Of a DNA stretch of 64,000 bases, positions 1 through 8,733 are shown piece after piece. Source of the DNA: a virus (Duplodnaviria; Caudoviricetes). The stretch lies in IMG/VR virus record IMGVR_UViG_3300025389_000011; one strand, written 5' to 3'. How positions within the stretch are numbered: the stretch's first letter is position 1; each line of letters opens with the position of its first letter. Both the position numbers and the translations under genes were made by a program. The notes beneath the pieces are model-generated. The model was not told the DNA's origin. It worked only from the letters and a program-made list of their open reading frames with translations, and did not search any database.

Positions 1-780
1 TGTATACTCTAATTTAACATTTGGCATTAATTGTTTAACTTGTTTAACGTTATTAATAATTGTATCCCATTTTTCTCCATGTCTCCAATATTCGGCAGAA
101 TCTTCAACTGCATCTATACTTACTCTAAAAATAACATCACTAAAATGTTTCCATTTATCAAAAATGTGTTGGTTCTTAAATGTCAATAGTGATGCATTAC
201 TGTAATATAACAACTGAGGGTCTAGTTTGTTTTCTATAAGATAATCTAAAAAGTCCCAATGTTGCCATTGTAGTAGAGGCTCTCCTCCACTAAAGGTAAC
301 TGTTTTTAGATTACTAGCAATTTGCTTTGACTGATTTAATATAAAATTTTCATCTATCCCAGAATAACGTAATACCGGAAACTTCCAATTTAAGTATTTT
401 TTTTCTTCTGTGGCAATTGGTGAACTGGTATTTGGTATGCACGTTCTGCATTTAGAATTGCATATGTTTGAAAATCTAACTTCTAAGTGAGAAAAATTAT
501 CTGATTCAAAAATAGTTTTATCAGTTTTTGACAACCAAAATTGTCTATTGCTACCAATATTTTGGTCTATCTCCTCTAAATTATAACATGAATTACATAA
601 TGGATTTCTAATACCATTTTTCATGTCTGATTTTAATTGTTGTAGTTTTTCGTCTTTCAGATATTCATCAATTGTTTTGACATTGACCATGTTGTTTAAC
701 GAACAGGGTCCCATTTTGTTGTCCATGTCATAATGAACAGCACCAAAAGCCAATGGACATATATATCTGTTATCGGTCAT
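1..780 (-). CDS. Radical SAM protein with N-terminal twitch/SPASM-like Cys cluster (3' end runs off the window; not in the ORF track)
   Basis: My translation from ATG at 780 (ATGA overlap with the upstream stop) is open to base 1: MTDNRYICPLAFGAV...PCSL...LCNSCY...LEVRFSNICNSKCRTC...FSGGEPLL...SIDA. It has CxxxCxxC and GGEP motifs. Confidence 0.9.
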   Translation of the reverse strand, partial: MTDNRYICPLAFGAVHYDMDNKMGPCSLNNMVNVKTIDEYLKDEKLQQLKSDMKNGIRNPLCNSCYNLEEIDQNIGSNRQFWLSKTDKTIFESDNFSHLEVRFSNICNSKCRTCIPNTSSPIATEEKKYLNWKFPVLRYSGIDENFILNQSKQIASNLKTVTFSGGEPLLQWQHWDFLDYLIENKLDPQLLYYSNASLLTFKNQHIFDKWKHFSDVIFRVSIDAVEDSAEYWRHGEKWDTIINNVKQVKQLMPNVKLEYT

Positions 781-2309
781 TGTAAATCTGGGTTAACAAA
801 CACATCTTTACTAGGATCTTCAGCAGGATGAATTGGAATATACCCTGTACCATCACTATATTGACCTGTTGTGATTTCTGTTTCAGTTGGTAAGTCTGTG
901 TCAATACTATCGTAAAAGTCTACAAACTCTTGCGGGAATGTATTACGGAAGTCTTTACCTCTACGAATATCATATTGATGGTAGAATTGTTTAAAGTCAC
1001 GTTTGTTTTGCTCAGGGTCTTTAACATTTTTGTGCGGAGTTTTAATAACGTCAAGATAGTCAATCAGTCGTTGTGTTTGCTCACGCTCAATATGCATAAG
1101 AATTGGGCTACCGCCTGTTGTTCTTTCATCTTTTGCAATTTGTTCATCTAACCATACTTGTAGTTTTTCGCTGTACTTTTGACGAACATCCATTGGCAAT
1201 AATGAGCAACTTTGAAAGCTAGGGAAACGTAAGATGTTCAAACTCATTGTTGGATAGTGAGTGTCATGCTTACGCTTAAATGCTAGTATTTCATCCATGA
1301 ACTCAGTAATACTTGCTAAACACAAACTATTGATTGTCATCATAATGTGTGTCTTTTTGATATTACCTTCAGTATGTAAACGTGTTAAATTATGAATCCA
1401 TTTATCCCAAATGAAACCATCACGAATATATTCGCTATGTGCGCCTAAACTTTCTGCGCTAGTGTATACTTCTAAGTGCGGGACAAAGTGACTTAACTCA
1501 ATCAATCTATCCATGATATCATCTTTAGGAACTAAGTTACTGTTAATCGCATAACGCATAACTTTTCCATCTTTACGATTTTTAACACGTTCTTGATTTG
1601 CTTTGAACCATTCGAATAGTTTCCATACGCCCGGAGCCATTAATGGCTCCCCACCTGTAATGCGAATTTCTTCTAAGTTATCTGCAAGACCATCTTCTTG
1701 TTCCCACCAACGCCAAAAGGCTTGAATATATGGGTTAACTTCATCAGGCAATGGCTTTGCGTGGTCTGCCGCATTAACAAAGTGACTACGGGCATCACCA
1801 TCGATGTTACGATATGGGCCATACTTGTGAATGTCTTTTACCCATGTTGTGCTAAAACTAGGGTTACAATAACTGCAACCAAAGTTGCATGTTCTATCAA
1901 AACTAATTTCTAATGTACGCAACATTGTGTTTTCTTGCCAATCTGCTTTGGCAGTTTTTAAAATATGTTCTTCTTCAAATACAGCAGTCTTGTATACGCG
2001 GTCACTGATGTTGTTACGACCAATATCTTCAATCTTCCAGCAGTACTCACACTCTTGTGGACGTGTGCCTTCCTGCATCATTTTACGCATAAGTTTTTTA
2101 TGTGGAGTATTATGAATTGCTGAAGGGTTTTCAATCAATTCATTGGCATCAATTTGATGACCTAATGGGTGGTGACAGCTTGTTGTTTGACCATTACCCA
2201 ACCAAATAGTTGCGTTTAGCCATTTTGCCGCACAATAACTCTCACTAATTGGATCAATCAATCGTGCTTTATACTCTGCAAAACTTTCTGTGTGTTTTTT
2301 ACCTGCCAT
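777..2309 (-). CDS. Radical SAM protein with N-terminal twitch domain
   Basis: CNFGCSYC, ITGGEPL, and an N-terminal YCAAKW...SCHHP...CEYCW Cys cluster. Confidence 0.92.
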   Translation of the reverse strand: MAGKKHTESFAEYKARLIDPISESYCAAKWLNATIWLGNGQTTSCHHPLGHQIDANELIENPSAIHNTPHKKLMRKMMQEGTRPQECEYCWKIEDIGRNNISDRVYKTAVFEEEHILKTAKADWQENTMLRTLEISFDRTCNFGCSYCNPSFSTTWVKDIHKYGPYRNIDGDARSHFVNAADHAKPLPDEVNPYIQAFWRWWEQEDGLADNLEEIRITGGEPLMAPGVWKLFEWFKANQERVKNRKDGKVMRYAINSNLVPKDDIMDRLIELSHFVPHLEVYTSAESLGAHSEYIRDGFIWDKWIHNLTRLHTEGNIKKTHIMMTINSLCLASITEFMDEILAFKRKHDTHYPTMSLNILRFPSFQSCSLLPMDVRQKYSEKLQVWLDEQIAKDERTTGGSPILMHIEREQTQRLIDYLDVIKTPHKNVKDPEQNKRDFKQFYHQYDIRRGKDFRNTFPQEFVDFYDSIDTDLPTETEITTGQYSDGTGYIPIHPAEDPSKDVFVNPDLQ

Positions 2310-2318
2310 GTGTTTTCC

Positions 2319-3884
2319 TTAATGTTTGGTATACGCTTTAATACATTCTCTCCAGTACCATTTTAGTTCTGGAAATATTTCCATAAAATTTGTTTGCCTA
2401 CGTCTATCGTACTCACTAATAAACATGTAGAAGTTAGTTTTATTTAGTGACACTTGGTCCGCTGGCAAAGATTCTTGCATTATAGCAAGGTCTCGCTTGA
2501 TTTTCAATATCTCATAGGGTTTAAATCCTTCGAATGTTTCCGAATAGTCTTCACCTTGTACGTTGTCTTCCATATATTTCAAACAACGTTCTACTTCTTT
2601 GATACCATATTCTCCTGCATTTTGTATGCTGAACCATGGTGGATAACGTAGAATGGGTATGTCAAAGAATACACGTTGATATTTCTTTTGCTTATAAACT
2701 TTGTGTACAATATTATTTTCTTTTTCAGTTTCAGTTTGTTCGGGTGCGATTGTAAACTCAGTTTGGGCACGTCCACCAAATTCTTCACGTAGTGTTAAAA
2801 TCATTTCTAAAAATTTATGTAAGCTGGGAATGCTTAACATGTTGAATGTATTGATAAAACTAACTGTGCTGTATTTTGTTTCACGTAAAAAGGTACGAAC
2901 ATTGTTCAACAATCTGTCAAACTCTAATCCAGTACGCATATATTCTGCTTGTTCCCCAAATCCATCTAATGATACAAACAACCAAAAGTGCTTGAAGCCT
3001 TTGTCTACATACCAATGATTACCGCTGAACTCATTAAAGTTTTCCTTGTCTTCATATGTACGTAATTCTTCTAGTGCCTTTACTTTTTCTAAAAACTTAT
3101 CAAATAGTTTTTGATCTGGAGGACACATGTTACTTGTTATACTTAATTCAAGTTGACCATGTGGGTTTTCATTTACATAGTCTAATACTTTAAATGTGTT
3201 TTTGTCCATGAGTGGTTCACCGCCGGTCATTCTAAAAACACGTAACTTACGATAAATCTCAGGAAACCATTGCCAAAATGCTTCAACATATGGATTATCT
3301 TTAGCCGCAACCTTAAGTGGCATTAGTCCCTTTTTCTCCAAATGCTCTAAGTTGTTGTGTGTCATGTCAGATAATTTATACCCACCATGTTTTTTAACTT
3401 CTTCTTCCCAACTTGTGCTTAGGTGAGGACTGCAATACATGCACTTGAAATTACATGCTTGATTAAAATTAACCTCTACATAGCGAGGGGTAACATTATA
3501 GTCAAAACTATTTGTTGTTACTTCGTCAAATGTTGGTGCGTTCCACCACTCACTACTGCGATAATGTCTATCACTCATGTGACCTTTGGGGTCATCACTT
3601 TGTGCATCTTCTACTTTCCAACAGTAACTACAACCCTCAGGTCTTTCACCGTTGAGCATTTGTTTGCGTTCATGTATTTTGATAGGTGTATTGTGTAATA
3701 CACTAGGATTATCTTTTAATAACTCTAGTGGAATCTTATGCGTAGGAGGATGGTAACAGCTTTGTGTTAATCCACTTGGCAAGTGTATTGAAACTTGTTG
3801 CCATTTTGCGAGACATAGTGATGGACTGACCGCATTCAAGCGGTCACGCATGTCTCTAGCATATTGGTCGTACTCACCCGACAT
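2319..3884 (-). CDS. Radical SAM protein with N-terminal twitch domain
   Basis: CNFKCMYC, MTGGEPL, SLDGFGEQAEYMR, and an N-terminal LCLAKW...SCYHP...CSYCW cluster. Clear paralogue of 777-2309. Confidence 0.92.
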   Translation of the reverse strand: MSGEYDQYARDMRDRLNAVSPSLCLAKWQQVSIHLPSGLTQSCYHPPTHKIPLELLKDNPSVLHNTPIKIHERKQMLNGERPEGCSYCWKVEDAQSDDPKGHMSDRHYRSSEWWNAPTFDEVTTNSFDYNVTPRYVEVNFNQACNFKCMYCSPHLSTSWEEEVKKHGGYKLSDMTHNNLEHLEKKGLMPLKVAAKDNPYVEAFWQWFPEIYRKLRVFRMTGGEPLMDKNTFKVLDYVNENPHGQLELSITSNMCPPDQKLFDKFLEKVKALEELRTYEDKENFNEFSGNHWYVDKGFKHFWLFVSLDGFGEQAEYMRTGLEFDRLLNNVRTFLRETKYSTVSFINTFNMLSIPSLHKFLEMILTLREEFGGRAQTEFTIAPEQTETEKENNIVHKVYKQKKYQRVFFDIPILRYPPWFSIQNAGEYGIKEVERCLKYMEDNVQGEDYSETFEGFKPYEILKIKRDLAIMQESLPADQVSLNKTNFYMFISEYDRRRQTNFMEIFPELKWYWRECIKAYTKH

Positions 3885-4548
3885 TGTATTCCAATAAATT
3901 AAACATTTCTACTAACTTATCATAATCAGCAAAAAATTCTTTAGGAGTTATATTGTATATATTTTTTACCACTTCACCGATTGGCACAGGTTCTATGTCT
4001 TCATACACCAGTGTATTGTCGCAAGGAAATCTATTAAGTTCTAGAATTTTCTTTATAAAATTATTAATTTCACGTATATCATACTTAACTGGTAAAGGCA
4101 TACCAAGTTGCGAAAAAGTATCATATTTGTATTGTCGATTGGTATGCAAAAAAATACAATGTGACATAAAATGATTTATATAGTTTCTTCTATACAATTT
4201 AATTAAATGATAGTTATCATTATACCATTTAAAACTACTAGGATTGCATGAAATCATATCTAATTCTGTATAGACAATTGTGCCAACACTATAACTATCG
4301 TTATTAGCTGTTACTTTTTGTAGTTTTTCAACCATGTTGAAATATGAATATTCATCGTCGGTGCCTTCCACATCAAATCTATCTGTAAAATACTCACCAT
4401 TATCATTATAAGGAATATTACTCTCTGCTAGTCTAGAACCTACTAATGCACGTAGAAAATTAGAACCAGAACGCATAGTTCCAATAATTATTGTGCCTTT
4501 TTTGTTTAAATCAAATAGTTGAGAGTTTAGCACATTTTTAGAATCCAT
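3874..4548 (-). CDS. Sulfotransferase-like (P-loop/PAPS-binding fold) protein
   Basis: IIIGTMRSGSNFLR resembles the 5'-PSB loop, and IKLYRRNYINHFMS resembles the 3'-PB R...S motif of Stf0-type sulfotransferases. Confidence 0.6.
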   Translation of the reverse strand: MDSKNVLNSQLFDLNKKGTIIIGTMRSGSNFLRALVGSRLAESNIPYNDNGEYFTDRFDVEGTDDEYSYFNMVEKLQKVTANNDSYSVGTIVYTELDMISCNPSSFKWYNDNYHLIKLYRRNYINHFMSHCIFLHTNRQYKYDTFSQLGMPLPVKYDIREINNFIKKILELNRFPCDNTLVYEDIEPVPIGEVVKNIYNITPKEFFADYDKLVEMFNLLEYNVG

Positions 4549-4549
4549 A

Positions 4550-5503
4550 TCACCAACCTTCGATTCTGCGAATGACTTCCATTTCTGTTACCAATGGTCC
4601 TAAATTACGTGCATCTGCTTTATAGTGGCGTTTGAAAAACTTACTTTGTTCTGCGGTATGCATACACATAGGTAAACCTAACTTAGCACTTAAATCATCT
4701 CCGTACTTTTTAATTAACTGTAATGGATCTTCATTTTTAACATTTTCCCACATTGCAAGATAGTTATCAAACCATTGAACTTCAATATGATTCCAGTCAG
4801 TCAGCATTGTCATGTACGTTCCCATACGTGCGCCCATGATTGCCCATTCTCCGTTTTCGGCATCTAATCCAATGTTATGCCAAATTGTTAGATTATTCAT
4901 ATTACGCATGGCTACAGTTTCTTTGAATACATCTACTGAGGGTACCGCACCTTTGTCTAAACACATCTTAACACCTTCACGGAATCCAGCACGCCATGCT
5001 TGGAAGGGAGTTTGATTTGGATATGTAGTTGAATAACAATCATGCATAGCCCAGTATAGATTATCTTTACTATCTAAACAAAAATCAGCAATACGTGTTA
5101 TATCACCTTCTGTTTGATTTTCATGTGTTTGCATTTCACGCACGTATGTTTTTGTCCAACTACTCATACCACCGTTACCATAACGTAACCCATTGATAGC
5201 ATTGATAGCTTTCCAACGAAACTGTGCTTTTTTAAATGTTTCCTCTTTATCAGTAAAATCTAGTTGAATGTTGAAGAAATTTTCTTGTGGCATATTATCG
5301 CCATCAATAAGAATAAAACGTTCTGTTTCACTGGCTTCACCTGCGGCTTTATGTGCGGCATCACTACCTTTGACACCGTCAACACGTTTGGCCCAAGGTA
5401 CCATGTTTTTAATCTTTAACCAGAATTCTTCTTTCTGTGGTTCATCATAACTAAGATAAATGCAATCTAAGTCTGCTACATCAATAATATCATCCGAGTT
5501 CAT
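4550..5503 (-). CDS. Putative GT-A fold glycosyltransferase-like protein
   Basis: IYLSYDEP first strand, AHKAA helix, and FILIDGDN (DxD after a hydrophobic strand). Confidence 0.55.
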   Translation of the reverse strand: MNSDDIIDVADLDCIYLSYDEPQKEEFWLKIKNMVPWAKRVDGVKGSDAAHKAAGEASETERFILIDGDNMPQENFFNIQLDFTDKEETFKKAQFRWKAINAINGLRYGNGGMSSWTKTYVREMQTHENQTEGDITRIADFCLDSKDNLYWAMHDCYSTTYPNQTPFQAWRAGFREGVKMCLDKGAVPSVDVFKETVAMRNMNNLTIWHNIGLDAENGEWAIMGARMGTYMTMLTDWNHIEVQWFDNYLAMWENVKNEDPLQLIKKYGDDLSAKLGLPMCMHTAEQSKFFKRHYKADARNLGPLVTEMEVIRRIEGW

Positions 5504-5861
5504 ATATAGTAAGTTTCCATTTCATTTTATCATTAAATGATTCGTCAACTACGATACTTACATCCTCGCTATAACAACTGATTCCGTCATTGCTTGGCAT
5601 TAATTTATAAACAACAGCATCTGCTTTCGCTGTTGAAATTCTACCATCAATAACTTTTATATCATGACGGGCTTCGGCAAATGTTTGTTTATCGATAACA
5701 ATATAGTTACCACCTTCAATATGGCAGGATTTATCTCCTACATATGAAATAACATTACCTTTATCGTCATAATATAATCTAAATTCGGGAGGCACCATAA
5801 CAGGTGGTTCCCAAACAATAAGAAAATCTGCGTTTTTGTCTTTTACGTATCTGACTGTCAT
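5490..5861 (-). CDS. Hypothetical protein
   Basis: 123-aa ORF overlapping both neighbours in the operon. Confidence 0.7.
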   Translation of the reverse strand: MTVRYVKDKNADFLIVWEPPVMVPPEFRLYYDDKGNVISYVGDKSCHIEGGNYIVIDKQTFAEARHDIKVIDGRISTAKADAVVYKLMPSNDGISCYSEDVSIVVDESFNDKMKWKLTIYELG

Positions 5862-6607
5862 TTTATGCTTTCCAGTATTTTATCAGAAAAATTCTTAATA
5901 TGATAGTGAAATGGATATTGTTGTGATACTGTTTGCACTCTAATTTGGTTTGGTAAACATTCGTACACAAATGTGTCTGTCCAATTTTCAGTTGGGTTGT
6001 TGTTTACAAACTGTTTCATGTGTACCATACTCATTTCATTAAATGAAGGTAATGTTGTTTTTTCAACTCCTACAATATGACATGCAATAGCATATGCCCA
6101 ATCTGTACTAACTTCTTCTTGCGGTTTACATCTTAGTGTAGCTTTATACGTTTCCCAATTTTCAAATACATCTTTAACAACTTCAAAAAATGCTTTTGCT
6201 GTGTCAGATTTTTTAAAGTATGTTATGGCATTGTATACATCTGGTAATTTATTATCATCAATAAATCTACGGTAGGTTCTTGCATCTGAAATTTCTTGTT
6301 TGTAATTTCTAATTGTAGTTGATACAACAACATCTTGTAATGCCAAAATATCCCACCAGTGCTCTATACTGCGTGGTATATACATGTCACTTTCTAATTT
6401 GATTGTTTCATCATATGGGCTAGCCTCATATACTTGCCAATCATTTTGATATCCACCTAAATCTCCATATGGTAACATATCACTGGTTATAATTGTAATA
6501 TTTGCATTAGGCATTACACGTAGTATGCTTTTACTTAATGCTTCAGCACATTTTGTATATTTTGTTTGCTCGGTATCCTGAGCCATGATTACAAACCCTT
6601 TACTCAT
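5858..6607 (-). CDS. Putative glycosyltransferase-like protein (GT8-like, DxD variant ESD)
   Basis: YEASPYDETIKLESDM, NAITYFKKS and STDWAYAIA motifs. Paralogue of 6604-7407. Confidence 0.55.
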   Translation of the reverse strand: MSKGFVIMAQDTEQTKYTKCAEALSKSILRVMPNANITIITSDMLPYGDLGGYQNDWQVYEASPYDETIKLESDMYIPRSIEHWWDILALQDVVVSTTIRNYKQEISDARTYRRFIDDNKLPDVYNAITYFKKSDTAKAFFEVVKDVFENWETYKATLRCKPQEEVSTDWAYAIACHIVGVEKTTLPSFNEMSMVHMKQFVNNNPTENWTDTFVYECLPNQIRVQTVSQQYPFHYHIKNFSDKILESIK

Positions 6608-7407
6608 GCTATAAGCTCCATAAAATTATCTTTGTTCATCATGTGAAAGTCTGTATCTTTAACCATTGAATATTCTTTACGAATTTTTCCTTTAGTCCAG
6701 TTATCAAACATAACGGTATATTCTGTGTTGAATTCATCATCATTGTTTCTGTATACACTTGTGTTTTTACCAACGTGTACCAAATTCCATGGAATAATAT
6801 CTTCGGTAGGAGAAGTATGACCATTGGTAATACGTGCGGCTAATGTTAGTGCATAATCATTTCTAAATGTAATAGAAATAAAACCGTGCAATGTTGCATA
6901 GTGGTCGTAATTAGATTGAATCATTTCTAAACATTCAAATATTTGTTTAGCACGATTTGTCTTTTTGAACATTACAACAGTTGCCCACATAGTCTTAAAA
7001 CTATATACGCTAATCATGTCTTGGTCAGAGTTTGGATGCATTAAAAAACTAGTAGAATCATGGCAACAAAAATCTGTTGGCAATTCAAAAAGTTTTAACA
7101 ACTTATCTGAATTAACCATGTAATCTGTGTCCAATAGTATTGTTTCATCATATGGACTTAAGTCATAAGCACGAAATCTACCTTTATTCATCCACACACC
7201 CCATTCACGACTATTGGTTTTATCGGCTGTGGTTATAATGGTATTATCAAAAATATAAGTTTGATTTTGTGGCAATGACTCTTCATCCGTTACCAATGTA
7301 ACTGGAAGTCCCAAAAAGTGATTAATACGTTTAGCAGTAGCCACTGCCATTTCGTAATAATTGTATTTTGGACTATTAAAGGCGAATAATAGTACCCCTT
7401 GGCTCAT
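6604..7407 (-). CDS. Putative glycosyltransferase-like protein (GT8-like)
   Basis: YDLSPYDETILLDTDY (DxD), WATVVMFKK and RNDYALTLA motifs. Confidence 0.6.
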   Translation of the reverse strand: MSQGVLLFAFNSPKYNYYEMAVATAKRINHFLGLPVTLVTDEESLPQNQTYIFDNTIITTADKTNSREWGVWMNKGRFRAYDLSPYDETILLDTDYMVNSDKLLKLFELPTDFCCHDSTSFLMHPNSDQDMISVYSFKTMWATVVMFKKTNRAKQIFECLEMIQSNYDHYATLHGFISITFRNDYALTLAARITNGHTSPTEDIIPWNLVHVGKNTSVYRNNDDEFNTEYTVMFDNWTKGKIRKEYSMVKDTDFHMMNKDNFMELIA

Positions 7408-7709
7408 CTGTTATTCTCTAGTTCTGTCCATTCATCGTGCCAATCACTCATTACTGTTGTATAAGTATCTTGTAATTTGGCTAACAATGTTTTTCTGTCT
7501 ACTTTGACAGGATTGTTAAAAGTGTCAATAAGAATTACTTCTTTTGACTTGCTTGAATTCAAAAAATTGATGGTTGTTAAATCAGCACGCCAAAGACCAT
7601 TTTGTTCGGCAACAATAAGTTTGCTGTCGTATTTGTCTTTTAAATAGGCTTTGGCTGAGTTATGATTGAAACGTGCTTTGGCTTCGTTAATTAATGTCTT
7701 TGTGTCCAT
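7404..7709 (-). CDS. Hypothetical protein, first gene after a late promoter
   Basis: 101-aa ORF with an AGGAG RBS, preceded by TATAAATA. Confidence 0.8.
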   Translation of the reverse strand: MDTKTLINEAKARFNHNSAKAYLKDKYDSKLIVAEQNGLWRADLTTINFLNSSKSKEVILIDTFNNPVKVDRKTLLAKLQDTYTTVMSDWHDEWTELENNR

Positions 7710-7728
7710 GTATATACTCTCCTATGAG

Positions 7729-7736
7729 TATTTATA
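7729..7736 (-). promoter_or_regulatory. T4-type late promoter TATAAATA
   Basis: Exact T4 late consensus about 20 nt upstream of the 7709 start; it heads the GT/ST/rSAM operon. Confidence 0.7.
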
Positions 7737-7761
7737 GATTAACACAAAGACATTATAAAAA

Positions 7762-8715
7762 TTATGAACCCGAAACAGTACCGGTTACAGTAATTGTACC
7801 CCAAGTATTACTTAAGTATGTTGTTTCTGGAACAACTGCTGTTACTGTTGTAGCAGAACCTGTACCAACAGTTAAGCCACCAGGAATCTCGTCCCAAATT
7901 GTGTATAAAGTAATAACACTACCTGTGTCACTGTGTGAACCTTGCGTACCATTTGATTTAGCAACAACACGAATAAATGTGTTTACATAACCTGAAGGGC
8001 TACCTGTCGCTGTTTGTGTAAACACGTTAGCATTGCTTGTTGTTAATGCATAATATCCGTTATTTGTTAATACAGTTGGTGAATTACCACCTCCACCAAC
8101 TTTTTGAACACCGCTATACGATGTACTTGCAATTGTTGCTGTACCTGAACTAGGTGCGCTTATTACAATTGTACCAACGTTACTTGCTAATTGGTTCATT
8201 AGTAAGTTAATACCCGAAGTATTATTTGGATTACTACATGTAATTTTTAATTGTCCACCTGAGTTAAAGAAATACCGTGCGGCATCACCGTTTGCAAAAG
8301 TAATTGTGTGAGTAAATGTCAATGCAGTTGACCAAGTACTACCATAAGTTGCTGTGTTAGCAACAGTGGTTCCTTGACTGGCTGCATTTAATCTAGGTGA
8401 ATAGATTGATGTTAAGTTTGTAGGGATAGCTGACAAATAAGTAATAACACCGCCCACAACTGGAGCAGTAACTGCTGTGATACTTGTGCCTTGATGTGAA
8501 GCGGCATTAGAAGTTTTATTAACTAAGTTAGCCCAATCACTAGCAAAAACTGAATTACCTGCAGATACGTTTGCTAATGCAGTTTGACCATAACCTGCGG
8601 TTGAGCCGCCGGTTGCCCATACTGTGTTTAATGCACCTGATGTAGTGACAGGATCGCCACCTACTAGTGCATTATAGTCACTAGCTTGAATTGTTCCGTA
8701 TTGTGCGTATGACAT
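7762..8715 (-). CDS. Virion structural protein (tail/baseplate fibre-associated)
   Basis: 317 aa, Thr/Ser/Gly-rich and beta-rich, within the baseplate arm, with an AGGA RBS. Confidence 0.6.
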   Translation of the reverse strand: MSYAQYGTIQASDYNALVGGDPVTTSGALNTVWATGGSTAGYGQTALANVSAGNSVFASDWANLVNKTSNAASHQGTSITAVTAPVVGGVITYLSAIPTNLTSIYSPRLNAASQGTTVANTATYGSTWSTALTFTHTITFANGDAARYFFNSGGQLKITCSNPNNTSGINLLMNQLASNVGTIVISAPSSGTATIASTSYSGVQKVGGGGNSPTVLTNNGYYALTTSNANVFTQTATGSPSGYVNTFIRVVAKSNGTQGSHSDTGSVITLYTIWDEIPGGLTVGTGSATTVTAVVPETTYLSNTWGTITVTGTVSGS

Positions 8716-8733
8716 GTTTTATTAATCCTTTTA

